Shown here in pieces: positions 55,971 through 63,522 of a DNA stretch of 64,000 nt. The stretch spans positions 1 to 64,000 of the IMG/VR virus record IMGVR_UViG_3300032218_003059, one strand, 5' to 3'. The notes beneath the pieces were generated by a model that worked only from the letters and a program-made list of their open reading frames with translations, was not told the DNA's origin and did not search any database. The number at the start of each line of letters is the position of its first letter. Positions within the stretch are counted from its first letter, which is position 1. The DNA comes from a virus (Duplodnaviria > Caudoviricetes). The translations under genes and the position numbers were made by a program.

Positions 55971-56566
55971 ATTCGCCCAGTAATATGATAAAACAAGTAC
56001 TTAGCGATAAATTAGTAATATATCAAAATGCTATACCAAACCCAAAAGAACTTATAAAAGAGTTTGAAAACACTTTAACAGAATTTAATCAGTCATGGAA
56101 AAAATCAGTTATAAATGATTTTGAGTATAATAGCGATCTAAGATCGTGCACAATATTCTCACTTTTTGTTAATGACTCTGATGATGCAGAATGGGCTAAA
56201 GCAAAAGTAAGCTTAAATCAAAAAATTAATAAATTTGTTTCCGAAGCATTTTTAGACTATTGCAAAACTTATGAGTACAAGGTAAAAAATAAAGAGCCTT
56301 GGGAAATATGTAGATATGAAGAAACTCAAAAACTAGTTTGGCATACAGACGATGGGCCAACACACCCATGCGATGTATCTTTTGTAATTTATTTTAATGA
56401 TGATTACGAGGGCGGAGAAATTCAATTTAAAGAGCATTTAGATGGTTATCCTTATAAGCCACCAGCTGGCAGCATAATAATATTTCCATCAAAATCAACA
56501 CACATTCATAGGGTGATACCAATTACAAAAGGAATAAAGTATGCTGCAATTAGCTTCGCCAAATAA
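55967..56566 (+). CDS. 2OG-Fe(II) oxygenase (P4H-like)
   Basis: HTDDG, YFNDDYEGGEI, IHRV, IKY; true start may be ATG 55985. Confidence 0.9.
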   Translation: MNSPSNMIKQVLSDKLVIYQNAIPNPKELIKEFENTLTEFNQSWKKSVINDFEYNSDLRSCTIFSLFVNDSDDAEWAKAKVSLNQKINKFVSEAFLDYCKTYEYKVKNKEPWEICRYEETQKLVWHTDDGPTHPCDVSFVIYFNDDYEGGEIQFKEHLDGYPYKPPAGSIIIFPSKSTHIHRVIPITKGIKYAAISFAK

Positions 56567-57143
56567 AATATACGAAGGAATTTTGGTTTACAATAATTCT
56601 AACGGAGCTGATATTCTTTTACAAAGCATTGAAGATCTTTTAACAAACTCTACTGATGCAAGATGGAGTCCTTCTAGAATTATAAAGTCTAAAGAAGAAG
56701 GTTATGTCGTAGATAAATCTATAAGAGATAATTTATATTTTTGGCTAAACTACAGTTTAGATTATGAAAAAGAAACAAAGTCAAAAATGATGAAGATTAG
56801 CTCTATGATAGACACTGCAATTATTCCATCATTAAATGACTATCAAAATAAATACAGTGTTCAAATTAAAACCAGAGATCCATATGAGCTTTTAAAGTAC
56901 TATGAAAACAATCATCTATCCTCTCATACAGATGATGGCGGAGCCAACCACTCTAGAGTATCTTTGTTATTTTATATAAACGATGATTACGAGGGCGGAG
57001 ACATAGTGTTTGATTATTTAAATATATCATATTCTCCTAATATAGGAGACATAATAATATTCCCTTCTTCGTACATATATAGACATCACGTAAATAAGGT
57101 TACGAAAGGTATCCGTTACTGCATTGCGGATTTTATGGCATAA
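56541..57143 (+). CDS. 2OG-Fe(II) oxygenase (P4H-like)
   Basis: HTDDG, YINDDYEGGDI, FPSSYIYRH, IRY. Confidence 0.9.
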   Translation: MLQLASPNKIYEGILVYNNSNGADILLQSIEDLLTNSTDARWSPSRIIKSKEEGYVVDKSIRDNLYFWLNYSLDYEKETKSKMMKISSMIDTAIIPSLNDYQNKYSVQIKTRDPYELLKYYENNHLSSHTDDGGANHSRVSLLFYINDDYEGGDIVFDYLNISYSPNIGDIIIFPSSYIYRHHVNKVTKGIRYCIADFMA

Positions 57144-57682
57144 TGAAAAGTAGAAAGATTTTCCCAGGCGTATTTGCCTATTCTGATTTTTTTGATGATC
57201 CTATGGAAATTTTTAGCAATGTGGAAGACATGGGTGGGTGGCACCCAGCAGAAGCTGGTGCATATGGCGAAGGCCCTTCTATAGTCGAGGAGAGAAGACG
57301 TGGGCTAATGTATAATCTACAAAGAGATCCCAATGTAAAAAAAATAACTGCAATGTCATTAGAGGCAATTAAACATTATAAATCTTTTTATGGATTAAAT
57401 TTAAAAAATCTAGAGGGCTGGTGCCTACTAAAGTATAGAGAAGGTGATTTTTTTTCTGCACATACAGATGACTCTCACGACTTCCCTAGACAAATATCTA
57501 TGGTTTACTACGCAAATGATGACTACGAAGGAGGTGAACTAGAGTTTATATTTTTTAATAATTTAAAGATTAAGCCAAACGCTGGCGAGCTAGTTATATT
57601 TCCATCTAACTACTTATTTGTTCATAAGGTAAATCCAATAACCAAGGGTGAAAAATATGCTGCAACATCGTTTGCCTATTGA
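57143..57682 (+). CDS. 2OG-Fe(II) oxygenase (P4H-like)
   Basis: HTDDS, YANDDYEGGEL, FPSNYLFVH, EKY. Confidence 0.9.
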   Translation: MKSRKIFPGVFAYSDFFDDPMEIFSNVEDMGGWHPAEAGAYGEGPSIVEERRRGLMYNLQRDPNVKKITAMSLEAIKHYKSFYGLNLKNLEGWCLLKYREGDFFSAHTDDSHDFPRQISMVYYANDDYEGGELEFIFFNNLKIKPNAGELVIFPSNYLFVHKVNPITKGEKYAATSFAY

Positions 57683-58640
57683 TAAAAAAATATTTATCTC
57701 AATACCTTCATATGAAGATGAGCTATTGTTAGAAACAATTAATGACGCATTATTAAAGGCAAAGAATGCTTCAAGGCTTACATTTGGCGTTGCCCTGCAA
57801 TATAAAAAAATTGATAAACCAGACCTATCTTTTTTAGGAAATCAATTAAAATTAATAGAATATGATGTTGACAGCAGGCCAGGGATAATCGAGATAAGAA
57901 AAAATATAGCGGATTTAATTGAAGACGAGGAGTACTTTCTTGGCATAGATGCTCACACCCTTTTTGCCCAAAACTGGGATCAACAATATATAGATGATCA
58001 CCAGATGCTAATTGAAAAAAATGGTAATAGTAAAGTTTGCATTGCATCTAGAATTAATGGATCTGAGTCTGATTTTAAAAAAGATTTATATTCAGAATAT
58101 TTAGATACTAGATGGATTTTAGATATAAACAAAAATAACGTATATGAAACTTGGTGGGACTGGCCAGTAGATGTCAAAAATAGGCTTTATGATACTCCAG
58201 AGTATGTAAAAAGATACTTTGTTTCTGCAAACAACTGGTTTACAACTTCAGAGTTTTTTATAAACAACCTGTTTTGGTGTTTCAATAAAACGGTATATGA
58301 AGAACCACAGATATCCCTATCATTATTTTTAAATAACTACGATGTATACCTGCCAACAAGCAAGGTGCTTGTCATAGCTAATCCAAAATCACAGACAACA
58401 AATAGGGAAAATAAAATTCATTGGCAAAACCCTAGTCATAAAAATTGGAATCACGACAGCATAGAGGTAGTCAGAGAAGTATTTAAGTTATTCTATACTG
58501 GCAAAAGCAATATATTTAGTCTGAATAGGCCAGATGATATATATAAATGGTGGAATGCAATCGGCTTATACGAAAAAGCCAAAGAGGTATCCGATAGGCT
58601 TAAAACTCTGCATTTAGATAGGACATACTACTTAGACTAG
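57648..58640 (+). CDS. GT-A glycosyltransferase resembling Skp1-hydroxyproline / polypeptide GlcNAc transferases (GT60-like)
   Basis: IFISIPSYED...LTFGVALQ and YFLGIDAHTLFAQNWD (DxH) match recalled Gnt1-family motifs; start may be TTG 57672. Confidence 0.72.
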   Translation: MKNMLQHRLPIDKKIFISIPSYEDELLLETINDALLKAKNASRLTFGVALQYKKIDKPDLSFLGNQLKLIEYDVDSRPGIIEIRKNIADLIEDEEYFLGIDAHTLFAQNWDQQYIDDHQMLIEKNGNSKVCIASRINGSESDFKKDLYSEYLDTRWILDINKNNVYETWWDWPVDVKNRLYDTPEYVKRYFVSANNWFTTSEFFINNLFWCFNKTVYEEPQISLSLFLNNYDVYLPTSKVLVIANPKSQTTNRENKIHWQNPSHKNWNHDSIEVVREVFKLFYTGKSNIFSLNRPDDIYKWWNAIGLYEKAKEVSDRLKTLHLDRTYYLD

Positions 58641-58700
58641 ATTTGAGGTATTTTAATCAAATGCTGATTATGGTATAATATAAAAGGAGGAAATACAATA

Positions 58701-58910
58701 ATGCTAACAAATGAAGAAAAGATGAATATGATAGACCAGCATAAGAAGAACATTGAGTTCGCCCTGTATGGTCTTAAGTTAGACCTGCTAGAAATAAAGG
58801 CTACTACTCCAACAGATGCTGAAGCAATTAATTCAGTGCAATCTAGAATTGATATGCTAGATGCAAAGACTGCAGCTCTAACCGAAGAAGCAGCAACCCT
58901 AACAGAATAG
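58701..58910 (+). CDS. Small coiled-coil hypothetical protein
   Basis: AAGGAGG RBS; TGG-TATAAT at 58671-58679. Confidence 0.75.
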   Translation: MLTNEEKMNMIDQHKKNIEFALYGLKLDLLEIKATTPTDAEAINSVQSRIDMLDAKTAALTEEAATLTE

Positions 58911-58917
58911 AGTTAAA

Positions 58918-59097
58918 ATGGATAAAGCAGAACTAGTAGTTGCTGCTCTACAACAAAGAATTGGCGAGCTCGTAACAAACTACGAGACGCAAATTGCTAT
59001 GCTTCGTGCAGAGATCACGATATTAGTCGAAGAAAGGCAAAGCAAAGATGAAGCTATTCAAGCATACTCCGAGCACCTTGATAACATTACCAACTAA
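58918..59097 (+). CDS. Small coiled-coil hypothetical protein (59 aa, not in ORF track)
   Basis: Hand-translated MDKAELVVAALQQRIGELVTNYETQIAMLRAEIT...DNITN. Confidence 0.65.
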   Translation: MDKAELVVAALQQRIGELVTNYETQIAMLRAEITILVEERQSKDEAIQAYSEHLDNITN

Positions 59098-59443
59098 TTT
59101 CCCATCAGGAATTGCTGTTAAAACAGATAAGGCAGTATATTGGATTAAAGATGGTAAGCGATTTAAGCTTATTTCAGATAGGGCTGCAAAATCCTGGGCA
59201 TTCACAACCGTAAACGCAACTGAAGCATCTATGCCAAACACTAAAGTTGCTGGCAGCCTTGGATTTAGAGACGGTACATTGATAAAGAACATAGCAGATG
59301 GTAAAATGTATTTGATATCTCAAAATAAAAAAAGGCATATTGTCAGCCCAGACGTATTTGATAAGTTTGGTTTAGATAGAAGCAAAATGATAGAGGTAAG
59401 TGCAGCAGAAATTGCAGCACATGAACTAGGAGAAGATTTATAA
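59048..59443 (+). CDS. Hypothetical protein with internal two-fold repeat
   Basis: G...K.....Y.I...K(R/K).. module occurs twice. Confidence 0.7.
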   Translation: MKLFKHTPSTLITLPTNFPSGIAVKTDKAVYWIKDGKRFKLISDRAAKSWAFTTVNATEASMPNTKVAGSLGFRDGTLIKNIADGKMYLISQNKKRHIVSPDVFDKFGLDRSKMIEVSAAEIAAHELGEDL

Positions 59444-59871
59444 TGGCAGACTTTACACCAGTAGTATTTAATGATGGGCAGCCATTAGATTTAGATCAGC
59501 TTAGAAAAATGGCAACAAACCTTCAGGCAATGTATACTCAAATAAACAATGTCTATGCAGCATTAACAAATGGTCAAAGTGGCAACACTGCAACTCTTCC
59601 AATAGTAGATGCAAACTACGTAACATTTTCAGATGGATTAAAAAAAGGAACAAACGGTCCCAAAAGCTTTGCTTTTTCTGTTAAATTCCCAGGCAACAAT
59701 CCATATGTAATTGCCACGATCTCAACTAATCTAGGATCAACTTTGGCCTCAGCATACGTAACAACAGATGCAAATAATAAATATAATGTGTATATTAACT
59801 CAAGCGCAGTAGTAACATCTCCAGTAACAGTAAACTGGATGGCGTTTGCTCCAAAAATTATTACTGTATAG
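59443..59871 (+). CDS. Hypothetical virion protein (fibre C-terminal-like)
   Basis: FNDGQPLD N-terminus; FSVKFP..P.VIAT...VNWMA beta domain. Confidence 0.6.
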   Translation: MADFTPVVFNDGQPLDLDQLRKMATNLQAMYTQINNVYAALTNGQSGNTATLPIVDANYVTFSDGLKKGTNGPKSFAFSVKFPGNNPYVIATISTNLGSTLASAYVTTDANNKYNVYINSSAVVTSPVTVNWMAFAPKIITV

Positions 59872-59910
59872 TTGACAACATAAATCAATATGTTACAATT
59901 ATATTGTAAC
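59872..59910 (+). promoter_or_regulatory. Promoter with overlapping palindromic operator
   Basis: TTGACA-16 nt-TACAAT (TG extension); perfect inverted repeat GTTACAAT-TAT-ATTGTAAC at 59892-59910. Confidence 0.65.
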
Positions 59911-59913
59911 CAC

Positions 59914-59938
59914 AAAGTCACGTACCCGTGACTTTTTT
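59914..59938 (+). terminator. Intrinsic terminator
   Basis: AAAGTCACG-TACC-CGTGACTTT followed by TTT. Confidence 0.75.
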
Positions 59939-59955
59939 CGTATTAAGGTATATTA

Positions 59956-60756
59956 ATGAGTAACGATTTAAAGTGGATGCTTTCATCCGACCAGCAGTTT
60001 CCGTATCAAGATGATAAGATGATTGCTTTGTGGTTTAAGGTAATGAAATGGTTTAAGCCAGATGTAGTTGATTATCTTGGAGATACCGACGATCAAGCTT
60101 GCTATAGCAAGTATACGGAGGGAAGATCAGCAGAATTTTTAAATTACCACAAGACAGAAAGTGGAGACTTAATTGTTCCAATGATGCGACATGAAGCAAA
60201 GGGCGCCAGAGATTTTTATGCCAAGACAAGAGAGATGCTCCCAGACGCACAATTGTTTTCAGCTTTAGGTAATCATGACATAAGAGTATTTAATTATGTT
60301 GATGCAAAACTTCCAGACTATATTAGCGAAGTAACCCCAGAATCTTTATGGAGTTTAGATTCATTAGGCTATGAATATATTTATTATGATAGTTTGCCAA
60401 AGCGTCGTTTTGGCGATGTGCATGTTCATCATGGAATATCAATTGCCGCAACTGGCTCTGTAAGAAAAGATATGGAAGACCTACAGGTTTCTTTGATTAG
60501 AGGTCACTCACACAGAATTGCTTCGCACATGGTAACATATGAACTTAGAAATAATGGCGAAGGAGAAACCCTTCGTGGATATGAAATTGGTCACATGTGT
60601 GATGAAAAGGGGCCAGGGATGAAGTATAGCCAACACCACGATTGGCAAAAAGGATTTGCTGTTGCACATATTGTAAATGACTATCCTCACATTCAAATGA
60701 TTCACGTTTCCCCAGAGTACTCTTGCGTGGTAGACGGAAAGGTATTTACCTTATAA
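59956..60756 (+). CDS. Calcineurin-like metallophosphoesterase
   Basis: SSDQQ, LGDTDD, GNHD, VHHG, GHSH motifs. Confidence 0.88.
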   Translation: MSNDLKWMLSSDQQFPYQDDKMIALWFKVMKWFKPDVVDYLGDTDDQACYSKYTEGRSAEFLNYHKTESGDLIVPMMRHEAKGARDFYAKTREMLPDAQLFSALGNHDIRVFNYVDAKLPDYISEVTPESLWSLDSLGYEYIYYDSLPKRRFGDVHVHHGISIAATGSVRKDMEDLQVSLIRGHSHRIASHMVTYELRNNGEGETLRGYEIGHMCDEKGPGMKYSQHHDWQKGFAVAHIVNDYPHIQMIHVSPEYSCVVDGKVFTL

Positions 60757-60941
60757 TGACTTGTACTAAATGTAATGGTAGAGTTTTTATAGATAGAGTA
60801 TTCTCTCAAAAACTTCACATGGAATTGTTTTGCGTTATGTGCGGAAGACGATGGATGATTAATAAAGAAACGAATAGGTTGGCTAAATGGCTAGAATTAA
60901 AAGAAATGCAGCACGAAAAAAGTTTCTTTATTTCTTCTTAA
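60756..60941 (+). CDS. Zinc-ribbon protein
   Basis: CTKC...CVMC; start moved from 60723 to ATG 60756 (TAATG coupling). Confidence 0.7.
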   Translation: MTCTKCNGRVFIDRVFSQKLHMELFCVMCGRRWMINKETNRLAKWLELKEMQHEKSFFISS

Positions 60942-61369
60942 ACAAGAAGCTACATAAGGTTCTTAGATCATCTCACGCAAAAGATGAGCTTGTTGCATGG
61001 TGCTATTCTGATAAAAAAAGAGTTTTATATTCTTATTCTCAAGTTAATAAGTATATGGAAAATGCATACTCAATGGTTCAAGTTGGCAAAATATTAAATA
61101 GGCACAAAATAACTATAGAGGATTACATACTTGACGGCAAAATAAAAGAGCCAGAAAGGTTGTATCCAATTGGTAATCCTTCTAGCAAGTGGTCTAAGTA
61201 TATGTTTAGCGAATCTGATATATATGACCTTCATGAATTTATATTAGATTCAGGATACTCTATTGCCACGCCATCAAAAGCTGAATTAGTTGCTATTCTC
61301 AAAACCAACTTAATATTGTATACTAAGACAGAAGACGGCAAGTTTGTTCCAGTATGGAAGGCTGAATAA
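60887..61369 (+). CDS. Putative DNA-binding protein (HTH-like)
   Basis: YSMVQVGKILNRHKITIEDYI helix-turn-helix-like segment. Confidence 0.55.
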   Translation: MARIKRNAARKKFLYFFLNKKLHKVLRSSHAKDELVAWCYSDKKRVLYSYSQVNKYMENAYSMVQVGKILNRHKITIEDYILDGKIKEPERLYPIGNPSSKWSKYMFSESDIYDLHEFILDSGYSIATPSKAELVAILKTNLILYTKTEDGKFVPVWKAE

Positions 61370-61482
61370 TGGAAAAAGGCAAAGTTGTTGTATGTGATAT
61401 TTGCAAGAAGCAGATTGAGGTTCGTTGGGGGTACTTTGCCAACGAGACATTAACTAGACATAAGAAGGCGGAACATAAATGA
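61369..61482 (+). CDS. 37-aa C2H2-type zinc-finger microprotein (not in ORF track)
   Basis: MEKGKVVVCDICKKQIEVRWGYFANETLTRHKKAEHK; coupled to both neighbours (TAATG, ATGA). Confidence 0.7.
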   Translation: MEKGKVVVCDICKKQIEVRWGYFANETLTRHKKAEHK

Positions 61483-61685
61483 CAGGCACTAGAGTCAACG
61501 TAGATCTTTCATTTACTAGAAATCTTGGTAATTATGAAAGTATTAAAATTAATATTGGAGTTCAGGACGATGTTCGACCAGGAGAAAATGTTGACTCCGC
61601 CACAGAGAGAGTCTATGCTTTTGTAGAGGGCAAGCTTATTGCAAAAACACGTGAGGTAGAAGAAGAGCTAAAGCGTGGCAAGTGA
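61479..61685 (+). CDS. Conserved phage hypothetical protein
   Basis: RVNVDLSFTRNLGNYESIKINIG motif. Confidence 0.7.
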   Translation: MTGTRVNVDLSFTRNLGNYESIKINIGVQDDVRPGENVDSATERVYAFVEGKLIAKTREVEEELKRGK

Positions 61686-61998
61686 GAAGCAACCTTATAT
61701 ACTAATTAGCTTGTATCAGTCTTTATACAAAGATAAGTACGGACGTGTTCCAACAATAAATAAGTTTCGTGAAAAGTGGGCGATGCAAGACGTCATAGAT
61801 AGCGTAGGATTTGATAGGGCTAAAGAGCTGCTTGAGTATTATTTTGCCTTAAATAAAAATGGCCATCCCCTTCAGTTCTTCTTTTACAACTTTGACAAAA
61901 TGGATTCTATTAAGGTAGAATCTGATAAAGATAAAGAAAAAAGAAAGTTGCTATTAGAGCAGACTAAAAAATTGGTAGAGCAAGGCGGAATAGAGTGA
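61675..61998 (+). CDS. Hypothetical protein upstream of helicase (possible loader)
   Basis: Coupled to dnaB-like gene; GTG start. Confidence 0.6.
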   Translation: MASEKQPYILISLYQSLYKDKYGRVPTINKFREKWAMQDVIDSVGFDRAKELLEYYFALNKNGHPLQFFFYNFDKMDSIKVESDKDKEKRKLLLEQTKKLVEQGGIE

Positions 61999-63242
61999 AT
62001 ACAGAAGCAACATTAATATCTGCTGTATGTAAGAATAAAGACATTAGCACACTGCTAGCAGATAACGTAGACGATCTATTTACCTCACATAAAGATATTT
62101 GGGAAGGGCTAAAGTCTTATTACTATAAGTTTAAGGCTGTCCCAGAAGTTGGAATTCTTCAAGAAAGATTCTCCGACTTTGAGCCAGATGCAAATGCAAA
62201 TGCTCAAACTGGATACTACTTAGATAAACTTAAAAACGAATTTCTATCTAATAAGCTTAAGAATATAATCCTTAAAAGCGGTTCTGCTTTAAAGGAAGAT
62301 GCAGCCTCTAGAGTTTTAGAGCAGATGCAAAGTCAGCTAGCATCTTTAAGTAGATTTACAAATAATGTTCGTGACTTAGATATTACTGATGCAGAATCTG
62401 CAATTAGGCACATGGAGCTTCTTAGAGTTCGTTCGGCTGAAATGGGTGGATCCCCAGGAATTAAAACTGGGTTTGAGGCAATTGATTTAGCTTATCCAAC
62501 TGGAATGGCGCCAGGACATTTAATTGTTGCTATTGGTTGGCCAGGCCGTGGTAAGACATGGTTCACATCCTACCTTGCATGCAAGGCATGGGAGCAAGGC
62601 TTTAAGCCAATGATTGTATCACTTGAAATGTCTCCAGAAAATATGCGTGACCGTATCTATACGATGCTCGGCTCTGGTTTGTTTAAAGCCTCTGATTTTT
62701 CTAAAGGAGACATTAACATTGATGACTTTAGATCATGGTCCACAAAAAAGTTTGCAGATAAGAATAGTTTTATTCTTATTTCAAATGAGGGTAACACCGA
62801 AGTTACACCAGCAACTATTCAGGGGAAAATTGATCAGCACAAGCCAGACCTAGTTATCTTAGATTACCATCAACTATTTAATGATAACAAAAGAAGCAAC
62901 TCGGAAGTTGAAAGAAATAGAAATGTGTCACGTGAGTTTAAGATGCTTGCCGTCTCAAATAACATTCCTATTATTGATATTACTGCAGCAACTGCAGACG
63001 ATGTATCCGATCAGGATAATCCACCTATGATGAGCCAGGTTGCTTGGTCTAAAGCTATTGAGTATGATGCTGATATGGCTATGGCTGTACACAGATACCC
63101 AGGAACAAATATGATTGAAATTGTATCAAGAAAGAATAGACACGGACATGAGTTTGGATTGTATCTAGACTGGGATATCAATCGAGGTATCGTTAAAGAA
63201 ATTTATGAGAATCCTTTCCAGAATGACTCACAAAAGAATTAA
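61995..63242 (+). CDS. dnaB: DnaB-like replicative helicase
   Basis: Walker A GWPGRGKT, SLEM, Walker B ILDYHQL, IEYDAD, KNRHG. Confidence 0.92.
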   Translation: MNTEATLISAVCKNKDISTLLADNVDDLFTSHKDIWEGLKSYYYKFKAVPEVGILQERFSDFEPDANANAQTGYYLDKLKNEFLSNKLKNIILKSGSALKEDAASRVLEQMQSQLASLSRFTNNVRDLDITDAESAIRHMELLRVRSAEMGGSPGIKTGFEAIDLAYPTGMAPGHLIVAIGWPGRGKTWFTSYLACKAWEQGFKPMIVSLEMSPENMRDRIYTMLGSGLFKASDFSKGDINIDDFRSWSTKKFADKNSFILISNEGNTEVTPATIQGKIDQHKPDLVILDYHQLFNDNKRSNSEVERNRNVSREFKMLAVSNNIPIIDITAATADDVSDQDNPPMMSQVAWSKAIEYDADMAMAVHRYPGTNMIEIVSRKNRHGHEFGLYLDWDINRGIVKEIYENPFQNDSQKN

Positions 63243-63522
63243 ACGATTTCAAATTGATGTACAGTTTCATGACAATGCACAGCTAATTAGCTTAAGGCCA
63301 CAGTATGAAAACTTATTGACTCATGACATGAGATCTAAAGGATACATCAGGGTACTTGACATGGACCCTGCATTTTCGGTAGAATTCAATGGTGAAACAT
63401 GGAAGTTCTTAATGACACTTCACGGTATATATGTAGGAAAGAAGAAGGCATGGCAATTAGAGGGTACAACACAAAGCAGATTGATACCACGCAGTATGCC
63501 CCAGCACATATCAAGTCTATAG
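63205..63522 (+). CDS. Hypothetical protein
   Basis: 105-aa ORF between helicase and primase; start may be 63223. Confidence 0.65.
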   Translation: MRILSRMTHKRIKRFQIDVQFHDNAQLISLRPQYENLLTHDMRSKGYIRVLDMDPAFSVEFNGETWKFLMTLHGIYVGKKKAWQLEGTTQSRLIPRSMPQHISSL

